Assembly (NCBI GenBank): GCA_965217865.1
Contig: CBDCJO010000002.1
Location: 5,408,001-5,472,000, forward strand
Length of the DNA stretch: 64,000 nt
Direction of reading: 5' to 3'
Source of the DNA: Candidatus Latescibacterota bacterium
GTDB lineage: Bacteria; Latescibacterota; UBA2968; SICM01
Part shown: positions 41,302 to 50,623 of the stretch, piece after piece
How the letters are laid out: each line of letters begins with the position of its first letter
Position numbering within the stretch: the first letter of the stretch is position 1
The notes under the pieces: model-generated
What the model was told of the DNA's origin: nothing
Database searches by the model: none
The model's input: the letters and a program-made list of their open reading frames with translations, nothing else
Position numbers and translations under genes: made by a program

Positions 41302-42780
41302 TCAATCATCAATATCCTTTCTAACCCGTCCCGCTTTCCCCGTACGTAAAAGAACCAGGCGCGTCCACGAAAAAGGAAGGAGGATCGTGTTCAAAACCAT
41401 CCCGCCCATCCGGCGAAGGCCTCCGAGAAGCCCGGAGCCCCTTAATTTCATCCAGGACTTTCGTATCCGAAAGGAACGGTGGATGGTCCTGTGCAACTGG
41501 CGGTAAAATTCCGCCGAATACGGCCCTCTGTAAAGCATCGCGAGATCTCCCGTGTTGACCCAGTTCTGCTTTTTTCCCAGGTCCACCGCAACCCGCTCAT
41601 AAAACTTCGTGCCAGGCAGTGGATACGAAACCGAGATTCCGATGTCGTCCGGCTTGCACTCCCGCACCATCCGCATGGTTTCTCGGATCTCCTCCCATCC
41701 CTCCCCTGGATAGCCGAACTGGAGGAAGAAACAGACCTCGATACCCTCTGAACGAAGAAGCCGTGTGGCTTCGTGGATCTGCTCAACCCTGAGATCCTTG
41801 TCCATTCCGGCCAGGATCATTTGAGATCCCGATTCCGCTCCCATCCAGACGGTCCTGCATCCGCCCTCGCGCAGAGCAAGGGCCGTATCATCGTGTATAA
41901 GGTCTGCTCTCATCTGACATTTAAAAGGCAAAACCGCATCCTGCTCCCGGACCAGATCTGCGAATCTCCGGATCCAACCAGGCTTCAAACCAAAAATGTC
42001 GTCTCCAAACCATATGTGGTCAGGCCTGAATTTCCTTTTTAGCCAGCCCATTTCTTCGACCACATTCTCCGGACTTCGCACCGTATACCGCTGGCCGTAA
42101 ATCGGTTTTGCACACCAGTTGCAGGAATATGGACACCCACGGGTGGTGACCATGTTCATCGAGTGATATCCGTGGCGGCTACGCCAGAGGCTCCGATAGG
42201 ATGGAATGTCCACAAGGTCCCAGGCCGGGAATGGGAGCCTGTCAAGATTCCGAATTAGAGGTCGCGGAATCACCTGGAGATCGCTTCTTCCGGGGACAGG
42301 ATAGGCAAGCCCGGGTATTTCTTCAAGGGAGACTGAGGTCCGTCCGGTAAGCCGGTCCAGAAGTTCGATAAGGGTGGCCTCCCCTTCCCCAACAATAATG
42401 TGGTCCGCGCCGGCTTCACGATATGCTCGAAGGTGATCAGTCGCATCTGAGCCGAAGAAGATGACCTGACAACCCCTTTCACGGGCCATCCCGATCATCC
42501 TAAATGCGGCCTCTCTCATTCGTAGTAAGCACATCTTGGAGAAATAATTAAACTGATCGTCGTATATCACGGCAAAGCTGGGCCTTTCCCGATTCAGAGC
42601 TTCGTCCCATTCCGACTCCGAGGCCGCAAGCGTAGCGTCGAACAAAGAAACGGTGTAGCCCTTCTCCTTGAGCGAACCTGCAGCATAAAGTGTCCCAAGG
42701 GGCGGATATGGCTGTCCCATCTGAATCAACTTTGGATCAAACCGGGGGTAATAGGACTGTCCGAAAAGAATATCTGTCAT
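41302..42780 (-). CDS. Cobalamin-binding radical SAM protein (4 of 4)
   Basis: PYPPLGTLYA, CPYSCNWC, MGAESGSQ, YPLPGT. Confidence 0.95.
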   Translation of the reverse strand: MTDILFGQSYYPRFDPKLIQMGQPYPPLGTLYAAGSLKEKGYTVSLFDATLAASESEWDEALNRERPSFAVIYDDQFNYFSKMCLLRMREAAFRMIGMARERGCQVIFFGSDATDHLRAYREAGADHIIVGEGEATLIELLDRLTGRTSVSLEEIPGLAYPVPGRSDLQVIPRPLIRNLDRLPFPAWDLVDIPSYRSLWRSRHGYHSMNMVTTRGCPYSCNWCAKPIYGQRYTVRSPENVVEEMGWLKRKFRPDHIWFGDDIFGLKPGWIRRFADLVREQDAVLPFKCQMRADLIHDDTALALREGGCRTVWMGAESGSQMILAGMDKDLRVEQIHEATRLLRSEGIEVCFFLQFGYPGEGWEEIRETMRMVRECKPDDIGISVSYPLPGTKFYERVAVDLGKKQNWVNTGDLAMLYRGPYSAEFYRQLHRTIHRSFRIRKSWMKLRGSGLLGGLRRMGGMVLNTILLPFSWTRLVLLRTGKAGRVRKDIDD

Positions 42781-42813
42781 GTCGGATCTAAAAAGAGGAT
42801 TGTTGGAATGGCC

Positions 42814-42843
42814 TTGACACGGGGTCGGCGCAACGCCTATTTT
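42814..42843 (+). promoter_or_regulatory. Candidate sigma70 promoter
   Basis: TTGACA-18 bp-TATTTT upstream of the GT4 gene. Confidence 0.4.
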
Positions 42844-42897
42844 TTAGGTTTACCGAATTTTTAATCGTTAAATCCATCAGAATGAGTCCAATATCCT

Positions 42898-44046
42898 ATG
42901 AAGGTCGCCCTTGTTCATGACTGGCTGACCGGGATGCGCGGTGGAGAAAAATGCCTGGAAAGCCTTTGTCGTCTCTACCCTGGGGCGCATATACATACTC
43001 TTTTTCAGGTGCCTGGAGCGGTCTCGGAGATTATCGACCGGCACCCGGTTGTTTGTTCGTATCTTCAAACCCTCCCCCACTTGAGGCGGTACTACCGGGC
43101 TTTGCTCCCCCTATTCCCTTCGGCGATTGAGCGGTTCGACCTGTCTCCCTTCGACCTTGTCATCTCAAGCAGCCATTGCGTAGCAAAAGGCGTCCGGACC
43201 CGTTCTGACGCACTCCACATCTGTTACTGCCATACCCCCATGCGGTATGTCTACGACTTGAGGGAAGCCTACTTCAGTGGAAAATTTTCTAGGAGAGCGA
43301 TCGGTCCCCTTCTTGCCCGCTTGAAGCGCTGGGACAAAGGCACCGCACACCGGGTTGACCGGTTCATCGCAAATTCACAACACATCCGGGACCGGATCAA
43401 ACGATCCTACGGCCGCGAGGCCGATGTGGTTTACCCACCTGTAGAGACGGACCGTTTCGGCATATCGGGTCACCCCGGAGAATACTATCTGATCGTTTCC
43501 GCCTTGGTTCCGTACAAACGTGTTGATCTCGTGGTCGATGCCTTCAATCGCTTGGGACTCCCCCTCCTGATCGTAGGTGACGGCCCTGAAAGAAAGCGCC
43601 TAAAAGCCCGCTCCCGACCGAATATCAACTTCTTGAATTGGCAGCAGGATGATAAACTCCCTGACATATATTCAAAAGCTCTGGCGTTTGTCCTCCCGGG
43701 CGTGGAGGACTTTGGAATTACCTCATTGGAGTCCCAGGCAGCGGGACGTCCGGTGATTGCATTACGCGAGGGTGGGGCGGTGGAATCCGTCATCGATAGG
43801 GAAACCGGTCGTTTTTTTTGGCCCCAGACCGTCGACGCGCTTATCGAAGCAATAAACCAATTTGAACCGTCCGACTTCAATCCCGAACGGCTCAGGGAAA
43901 ATGCCCTCCACTTCGACCGGAGGGTGTTTGAGCGCAGGATAAAGAAGGTCATCGAATCTGCATGGAAGGAACACCGATCAAAGATAAACGTTAAACCCTT
44001 CGATACCGCGGCTCCGCCGCTTACTCAGGACATGCGTGAATCGTGA
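42898..44046 (+). CDS. GT4 glycosyltransferase (mannosyltransferase-like)
   Basis: VHDWLTGMRGGEK, YCHTPMRY, EDFGI..LESQAAG.PV. Confidence 0.95.
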   Translation: MKVALVHDWLTGMRGGEKCLESLCRLYPGAHIHTLFQVPGAVSEIIDRHPVVCSYLQTLPHLRRYYRALLPLFPSAIERFDLSPFDLVISSSHCVAKGVRTRSDALHICYCHTPMRYVYDLREAYFSGKFSRRAIGPLLARLKRWDKGTAHRVDRFIANSQHIRDRIKRSYGREADVVYPPVETDRFGISGHPGEYYLIVSALVPYKRVDLVVDAFNRLGLPLLIVGDGPERKRLKARSRPNINFLNWQQDDKLPDIYSKALAFVLPGVEDFGITSLESQAAGRPVIALREGGAVESVIDRETGRFFWPQTVDALIEAINQFEPSDFNPERLRENALHFDRRVFERRIKKVIESAWKEHRSKINVKPFDTAAPPLTQDMRES

Positions 44047-44663
44047 ATCAGATTTCCAAAAACCGTTTTCAAATGGGACTCAAAAGGGGACTTGATGTCA
44101 TGGTTTCGGTCCCTCTCCTCTTTCTCGGTCTACCCTTCCTGCCGATCGTCGCCATCCTCATCTGGCTTGACTCCAGAGGACCGGTCTTTTACACCCAGGT
44201 ACGCGTCGGAAAAGGGAATCGACCGTTCCTGCTGATAAAATTTCGAACGATGGGACACGAAGCGGAACAGGCCTCAGGTCCTACCTGGTCCAAAAGGGCG
44301 GACCCTCGTGCGACTCGCCTTGGAGGTTGGCTTCGGCGCATGGGCATCGATGAACTTCCTCAGCTATGGAATGTCCTGATTGGGGATATGAGCCTTGTAG
44401 GCCCTCGACCAGAACGGCCATTTTTCGCTGACCAATTCGAGCGTGATATCCCCGATTACGCCAAGCGCCATTCGATGAAACCCGGTATCACCGGATGGGC
44501 ACAGGTTCACGGATTCCGAGGGGACACCCCCGTGATAGAACGCACCCGGTATGACCTGGAATATATCCGCATATGGTCTCTCTTTATGGACTTAAATATT
44601 TTGATCCGAACCCCCTTCACCGTGGAGTTGCGGGATCGGGAAAAACGTAAGCGTGGAGAGTGA
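44043..44663 (+). CDS. Undecaprenyl-phosphate sugar phosphotransferase (priming sugar transferase)
   Basis: KFRTM, DELPQLWNVLIGDMSLVGPRPE, PGITGWAQV. Confidence 0.95.
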   Translation: MNQISKNRFQMGLKRGLDVMVSVPLLFLGLPFLPIVAILIWLDSRGPVFYTQVRVGKGNRPFLLIKFRTMGHEAEQASGPTWSKRADPRATRLGGWLRRMGIDELPQLWNVLIGDMSLVGPRPERPFFADQFERDIPDYAKRHSMKPGITGWAQVHGFRGDTPVIERTRYDLEYIRIWSLFMDLNILIRTPFTVELRDREKRKRGE

Positions 44664-44673
44664 AGCGTATCTT

Positions 44674-45543
44674 TTAGATTTCACGTCTCACCTTCTTTAA
44701 AGCTTCCTCAAATCGCCTTGAAATCTCCCCCTTATGATCCACCACATTGAGCTGGATGCGGTTGTGGTTCAGAGCGACATCAGATCCTGAATGTGCCGTT
44801 TTCCACCGAAGATACCTTCCGTAGATGCTTCGAACCATCCCCTCTACTCCGTCCCACCATCGATTGATAATCCGTTCCAGAATCCGGCTTCGACTCCCCC
44901 TTTTCACAATAAATGGTCCTCCATCCGTGAACGGCTTAAAGTTTGGAAAGTAGCCACGTACCCACCCATTTGCCCGTACAAACCGGTCATACACCGGGAA
45001 ACCATAGACCGGTTTCAGCGTAAGGATTTGATGAGCGGTGAAAAAGCTGCGCCCTGGTATCAGCAAGGCATCTTCGTCCACAAGATAGTTGGTGCAAATT
45101 GTGCGTCTTAGGCCCAAAGCTTTGGCCACAAGGACAGAAGCCAGGGTCACGGTCCAAACCCGCTTGGGTGAAGTAATCATAAAGAGATCGAGGTCATCTC
45201 CATACGACAGCGCACTCCCCCCCGAAAGGGCGACCATCCGAACGAAGGGCAACCCGCAAAGTAGGTTTATCGGACGCCTCATCCTGGAGAGGAATACCCC
45301 GTTTTCCCGCTCCCTACCCAAACGCAAGCCAAGGGATTTCTCCTTACCCTTTAACATAAAGAAATCCCTGCCATTATGTTTTATTTGGGTAATGAAATTG
45401 CATTGAGAGAGCACGCGGTCAAGTTGGCCTTCGGAGAGGGCATAATCGAAAAGGCCCCGGTGCATTTCCTCGATCGTGAGGGGATAATCGAAAAGACTTG
45501 CATATACAGCTGTTTTAATGACTCCAAGTTCCCCAGGGTCCAT
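44674..45543 (-). CDS. Nucleotidyltransferase-like protein, probably the C-terminal domain of a GT4 fusion
   Basis: YASLFDYPLT.EE; PFVRMVALSGGSA...DDLDLF (Pol-beta-like G-S..DxD); ICTNYLVDE; frame open upstream to 45720. Confidence 0.65.
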   Translation of the reverse strand: MDPGELGVIKTAVYASLFDYPLTIEEMHRGLFDYALSEGQLDRVLSQCNFITQIKHNGRDFFMLKGKEKSLGLRLGRERENGVFLSRMRRPINLLCGLPFVRMVALSGGSALSYGDDLDLFMITSPKRVWTVTLASVLVAKALGLRRTICTNYLVDEDALLIPGRSFFTAHQILTLKPVYGFPVYDRFVRANGWVRGYFPNFKPFTDGGPFIVKRGSRSRILERIINRWWDGVEGMVRSIYGRYLRWKTAHSGSDVALNHNRIQLNVVDHKGEISRRFEEALKKVRREI

Positions 45544-46793
45544 AATCCTTCCCAACCGCTCCCTGATTTGGAGAATGGGCGAATCGGAGAATCGGGGAAG
45601 TGAATACAACCTGTCTTTGGGTTTCCCCATCTCTCCGTTTCGCCGTTTCGCCGCCCCCCCACTCCTGACCGATGAACAGCTTGATAAACCTTCAAAGTAC
45701 GTCGTGCAGCTTCTTCCCATGAAAAAAGAGATGCGCGCTCTATTCCATTGTTAGATAGCATGTTACAAAGATTTTCATCCTCTATGATCCGGCGCATGGA
45801 ATTTGATATGTCCTCAACATTCTCGGGGTCCACCAGCAATGCCGCATCCCCGGCGACTTCCTTCAGAGATGAATTATTTGATGTGATCACCGGTGTTGCA
45901 CACGCCATCGCTTCAAGCACAGGAAGGCCGAAGCCCTCATAAAGGGACGTATAGACAAGGGCCTCTGCACAGCTGTAAAGGGACGGCAGGTCGTTTGAGG
46001 GTGCGTATCCTGTCCAGATAACTTGCTCACCAGCCGCCTCCTTCACTTCACGAAGAATCCGGTCGGACTGGAATCCCTTTCCGCCAACGATCAAAAGCTT
46101 CAGATTCCGCCCGGTTTCCCTACGAACCTGATGGAAGGCTTGCGCCAGGCGTACCAGGTTTTTTCGGGGTTCTACCGTGCCAACAGTGATGAAGTAAGGT
46201 CCGCGAAGGCCGTAACGGGCTTTTACCTGTTCAAGCCTGTTTTTGTTCGTCACGGGTTTGAATTCCGGGGTCACACCTTCTTGGATGAGGTGGATTTTCT
46301 CCTTCGGTATTCTCAGTGTCCGGAGGACGTCTTTTCTCGTTGACTCCGAGACGACGATGATTGCATCCGCTTTCCTGGCAACAAGAGGTATGAGTGATCT
46401 AAGCAGTAAGCGCTTCTTCCATGGAGAGTATCGGGTTAAAAGAGAGACGGTCATGTCGTGGAAGGTGACGACTGTGGGGCAACTGGACCAGAGGGGCGAA
46501 ATGTAATTGGTGTAATGGCAGACATCGACCTGTTTCCTGTTGAGGAGGAGGGGGAGAATGGTCTGCATCCAGATTCCGCGCACAGGAAACCGGTATCCCT
46601 CGTGGACCAGGTCGGCCGGGATCATGTCGCTCCGAACCTCCGAGTTGGAGAGAACGACATACTCGTTCTTCCCATCCACTGCGAGAAGGCTAGCGAACAG
46701 GTGTTCCGTATAGAATCCCACACCGGATCGCTCCGGCTGCAGGGTGGTTCCGTCTAACCCGATCCGTAAACGGGAATTGTTATTTTTTTTCAT
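45381..46793 (-). CDS. GT4 glycosyltransferase; 3' end uncertain (likely frameshift in G7 run at 45654-45660)
   Basis: GTVEPRKNL, SLYEGFGLPVLEAMAC.TPV, FSWE..A..T..VY; tail overlaps the next ORF by more than 160 bp. Confidence 0.9.
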   Translation of the reverse strand: MKKNNNSRLRIGLDGTTLQPERSGVGFYTEHLFASLLAVDGKNEYVVLSNSEVRSDMIPADLVHEGYRFPVRGIWMQTILPLLLNRKQVDVCHYTNYISPLWSSCPTVVTFHDMTVSLLTRYSPWKKRLLLRSLIPLVARKADAIIVVSESTRKDVLRTLRIPKEKIHLIQEGVTPEFKPVTNKNRLEQVKARYGLRGPYFITVGTVEPRKNLVRLAQAFHQVRRETGRNLKLLIVGGKGFQSDRILREVKEAAGEQVIWTGYAPSNDLPSLYSCAEALVYTSLYEGFGLPVLEAMACATPVITSNNSSLKEVAGDAALLVDPENVEDISNSMRRIIEDENLCNMLSNNGIERASLFSWEEAARRTLKVYQAVHRSGVGGRRNGETERWGNPKTGCIHFPDSPIRPFSKSGSGWEGLWTLGNLESLKQLYMQVFSIIPSRSRKCTGAFSIMPSPKANLTACSLNAISLPK

Positions 46794-46813
46794 TTGGATG
46801 TATCTTTAGGGTG

Positions 46814-47137
46814 TCAGTGCATCCCCCCGCTTATATGTAACCCCGCGACACCGATTATGATAAGCCCGACTGAAATGATCTTCAAAGCAGTGGCCGGCTC
46901 CTGAAACCATAGGATCCCGACCGTTGCGATCAGAGCCGTACCGATTCCCGCCCAGATCGCATAAGCCACCCCGACATCAATTTGTTTCAGGGCAAAGGTG
47001 AGACTTGCCAAACTCAATCCGTAGAGGATAAACATTAAGCCGCCGGGTATCCACTTTGTAAATCCCTCGGACAGCTTCATACAAACAGTTCCGGATACCT
47101 CCAGTATAATTGCTCCCAACAGATAAATCCAGCTCAT
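46814..47137 (-). CDS. SMR/DMT family small multidrug transporter
   Basis: WIYL..AIILEV.GT..MKLSEGF, GVAYAIWAGIG. Confidence 0.93.
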   Translation of the reverse strand: MSWIYLLGAIILEVSGTVCMKLSEGFTKWIPGGLMFILYGLSLASLTFALKQIDVGVAYAIWAGIGTALIATVGILWFQEPATALKIISVGLIIIGVAGLHISGGMH

Positions 47138-47199
47138 CACGCGGCCTTTATCTGGTTTGTGTGTTTCTGATCTCAATCATCGCTAAAAAATAAAGGCGA

Positions 47200-47465
47200 T
47201 TTTCCCCTTCCCTTTAGGGAAGCAACGTCCTGAGCGTAGTCGAAGGAGGGGCGCAGGCGGTTAGGTCTGACACTTGACCTAATTTTATATGTCCGTCACC
47301 GGTTTTCCTAATCACGACCTCCGACCCCTAACGCTCGGGATGCCTTTGCTTTCCCTGCCACTGCCACCTGCCACTGCTACTGTTTTTCCCTGCCACCGCC
47401 ACTGGTTCAGTTGAATCTTCAATATTCAATTTCCTTTGTCCCCCGACCTCCGACCCCTGATCTCC
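47200..47465. repeat. Cluster of REP-like palindromes and hexamer/heptamer arrays
   Basis: TTCCCTTTAGGGAA, GTCCTGAGCGTAGTCGAAGG, CTGCCA/CTGCTA units, CGACCTCCGACCCCT twice. Confidence 0.6.
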
Positions 47466-48485
47466 TTATTCGATCCTTCCGCTCACCAGGTCTTCCAACT
47501 TGATCAACTCACCCCCGCGTTCCGCTGACGCATTGGCCCCCAAGACTGCAGCCAGGCTGTTGATGCCGTCCGAATATGGGCTCAAGGTCATTCCCGGATC
47601 TTCGGCCTGGACGGCATCGATAAAGGCCTCGGCCTGGAGTACAAAGGGCTTTTGCCTTTCATGGCTTTCCCAGACCGTCTTTCCGTTCTCCAGGACTCTC
47701 TCGGCGGACCAATCGATCAACGAGTCGTCACTCACGACGACAACCCCGGTTCGGTTGTAATCGACGTTGGTCAATGTCCGCGAGGTAGTGGCATTGGCCG
47801 TGGCCCCACTTGCGAAGCGAAAATTGACGTTGTAAACGTGCGGGATGTTCATGGGTTCCGGTCCCTCATCGGGCGCCCGCTCGACATAGAAAGCCGATAC
47901 TGAGACGATATCACCCATGAAATAGCGAAGAAGGTCTACCATATGGATTGTGTTCTCCACGAATGAGCCTCCGCAAAGCTCAAAACGGCTCGTCCAGTAC
48001 CGACGGGATTTACCCGCATACAATCGCTGGACAAGGGCGTGTCGCACCTTTCTCCCCTTCAGGATTCGGTGAACTTCCCCGGCGGATGGATAGTAACGGC
48101 TCAAGAATCCGACTTGGGATACGATTCCGGACTTTTGTATGGCCGCATCGATCCGAACGGCCTGTGACATATCCAGGGACTGAGGCTTTTCGACGAAAAC
48201 CGAGATAACCCTATCCGCGGCAATCAGGATTTCATCCGTGTGGAGCGTCGGCGGGATGCACACGAAGACAGCATCGAGATCCTCTTTGTCGAACATTTCG
48301 TGGTGATCATTGTAAATCGATCCGGGATTGTAAGTTCCCCCCTGTGCCTTAACGACGGCGTCATCGATATCGCAAAAGGCCTTAAAAATAACCTGACCCT
48401 TATCCACCAGCGGTGCGAGTGCAGGAAGGTGTTGCGTCTGGACGATATGGCCGAGACCGATGAGTCCCAGGTGAACGGGCTTCAT
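47466..48485 (-). CDS. Gfo/Idh/MocA family oxidoreductase
   Basis: LGLIGLG, VFVEKP, GGSFVENTIHMVD. Confidence 0.92.
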   Translation of the reverse strand: MKPVHLGLIGLGHIVQTQHLPALAPLVDKGQVIFKAFCDIDDAVVKAQGGTYNPGSIYNDHHEMFDKEDLDAVFVCIPPTLHTDEILIAADRVISVFVEKPQSLDMSQAVRIDAAIQKSGIVSQVGFLSRYYPSAGEVHRILKGRKVRHALVQRLYAGKSRRYWTSRFELCGGSFVENTIHMVDLLRYFMGDIVSVSAFYVERAPDEGPEPMNIPHVYNVNFRFASGATANATTSRTLTNVDYNRTGVVVVSDDSLIDWSAERVLENGKTVWESHERQKPFVLQAEAFIDAVQAEDPGMTLSPYSDGINSLAAVLGANASAERGGELIKLEDLVSGRIE

Positions 48486-48622
48486 TTCAAGAATTCCTTA
48501 CGCTTGAGTTGCTCCAAAGGACTTTTCAAGTGTCATAAGATAAACCGATTTCATCTCTTAAAAAACAAAATATAGCAACGAGTTTTCCCCGACCTCTGAC
48601 CTCCGACCCCTGACCCCCGGCC

Positions 48623-49513
48623 CTACACGGCTTCGATCTGATCGATAAGTCCCTGTGAAAAATACTCTCCATCTGACACGGATGCGGATACCTCGAGCTC
48701 TTCGATTGTGGCGACCCCGGATAGGAGTATGGATATCCTGGAATCGGAAAGCAGGTAACGCAACGCTGCGCGGGGAATGTCCTCGGGACCCAGAAGTGCT
48801 TCCACACGCCGCAGCTTATCGCGTAGGTCCGGATATTTTCCCCGTCCGATCCAATTGTCTCGACTCGATCCCAAAAGCCCGCCGTGGAGAGGAGAAGCGG
48901 CGATGACGGCCACGTCTTTGTCGGCCGCTCCCGGCACCAGTTCCGCCTTAGCGTCCTGCACCAGGAGATCATACTTGCAGTAGGTGAGCACTGAGACGAA
49001 CGCATCGGAATCGAGGGTTATATCCCGCATCAGTCCAAGGTCCGATCCGGTCAACCCGATATATCGGGTCATCCCTTGATTCTGAATTTCCAGAAGAGCT
49101 TCAAGGGTTTTCCCCGCCCCAAAGATTCCGTCCCACCCGGCCTGCTCGGATTCGTGAATCTGCAAAAGGTCCACCCTGTCCCGCTGCAGCCGTTTCAGGC
49201 TGGCTTCGAAACCCCGCCAGACTGCTTCACGGGAATAGTCGAATGGCTCAGGATAGTAACCCACCTTGGTGGCGAGAAAATAGGGTTCTTTCACACCCTT
49301 CAAGGCCATTCCGAGGACTTCTTCGCTGCGACCCTTTCCGTAAAGCGGGGCGGTGTCGAAATAGTTGATCCCCAATTCCAGGGCACGCTCGACCAGTCTA
49401 ATCCCGTGAGATGCCGATTTCAGGCCTTCCTCCGGGCGACCATAGAACCATCCCCCCCCCAAGCCGATCTCACTGACCTTCCATCCTGTACTGCCGAAAC
49501 GACGATAGCGCAT
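48623..49513 (-). CDS. Aldo/keto reductase
   Basis: GINYFDTAPLYG.GRSEE, ATKVG, SLKRLQ.D.VDLLQIH. Confidence 0.95.
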   Translation of the reverse strand: MRYRRFGSTGWKVSEIGLGGGWFYGRPEEGLKSASHGIRLVERALELGINYFDTAPLYGKGRSEEVLGMALKGVKEPYFLATKVGYYPEPFDYSREAVWRGFEASLKRLQRDRVDLLQIHESEQAGWDGIFGAGKTLEALLEIQNQGMTRYIGLTGSDLGLMRDITLDSDAFVSVLTYCKYDLLVQDAKAELVPGAADKDVAVIAASPLHGGLLGSSRDNWIGRGKYPDLRDKLRRVEALLGPEDIPRAALRYLLSDSRISILLSGVATIEELEVSASVSDGEYFSQGLIDQIEAV

Positions 49514-49802
49514 ACAATCACCCTTTTCCCATCTACACCGTCAAATATTATAGAATATTGATCCCCAGGATAATGATCTCCCAGCTGCAATCTTGACAGT
49601 ATAATTTGTAGAGTCAGTTTACAGTTAATTTACAATTTCAGTTGGTTAAATCAAGAATCCATTCGGGATTAAACTGCGTAGAATGGCAATCTAAGCAGTG
49701 CTGGGATAAGCTACAACCTCCTTTAGAGGCTATCTTGCGGGCTTCGCACGCCTCTTCCTCCCCGGTTCAAAACATGGTTGTAAAATCATTTCGGGGATTC
49801 CA

Positions 49803-49874
49803 GGAGATTTTGACGGAGATCGTGAAGTCGATTTTGATGACTTCTTCATATTTGCAGCAAATTTCGGACGGTAA
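49803..49874 (+). pseudogene. Isolated dockerin/EF-hand-like motif remnant
   Basis: Manual translation GDFDGDREVDFDDFFIFAANFGR*; no start codon before the upstream in-frame stop. Confidence 0.55.
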
Positions 49875-50315
49875 ACAGAAGGTTCCGATCTGGTGGGACC
49901 GAAAGCGCGAATGAGATTCAACTGGCAGCTCGAAATCTCGGCCTTTCGTTTCGGAAGAGAGATGATTCTCTGAGCCTTTGTTAAGGTAAATGAATTACGT
50001 TTCACAACCTGAATAGCGTATAACAGCTTTGTGCTGTTTGGTTGCCCCATCAATCCCCTTGACATCCTCAATACCCCCCAGTAAATTGCATTCGTAGTCC
50101 ATCCAAGGTCTAAGCTTTCAAAATCGGGAGGGAACCGATGGACAACATGACAAATAGCGATTCGACCCTGGTGATGAGCCTCATCTGGAAAGGTGGGGCT
50201 TTTTGTTAGGCAGGTGGGTTTCGAGGTGGAGTCTATCAATGATGCATGTTAAACGATTTCAAAGCTTGTGGATGGGGCTTCTATTGGTGTTGGACATCAG
50301 CACCTCCGCGATGGG

Positions 50316-50531
50316 TCAGATTAACCCCCCCTTGAGTGCATGAAACCTTCCCAGGAAGACTTTTCGAATAGCCCAAGCGAAAATCAGAAGGAAAGCAACC
50401 AGTTCCAGATTTGTCAACACCATAAATGGCGGAATTGAGAGGATCGGTGTCCGAACCTCAAACGGAAGGATGAAACTCAGCAATATCAAAAGGGCCTGCA
50501 GGATTCCTTCCATCTGTTTTTCCATTAGCAA
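50316..50531 (-). pseudogene. N-terminal fragment of a polytopic membrane protein (O-antigen ligase/polymerase-like)
   Basis: Two hydrophobic segments with LPFE..P.....LTNLE, then a stop and degenerate AT-rich sequence; downstream of the flippase. Confidence 0.4.
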
Positions 50532-50623
50532 AAAGGCTTAGGGGAACGATGGACCGTGACCCTAAACGGCGATGGACAATGAGATCAACACCAACTTTAA
50601 TTCCTATTATTTGTGAGCAGGTG

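Noticed and set aside
22188-42780. Naming the radical SAMs hpnP/hpnJ/bchE or calling a RiPP cluster
   Set aside because: No hopanoid or bacteriochlorophyll genes, precursor peptide, SPASM or RRE domain seen in the window
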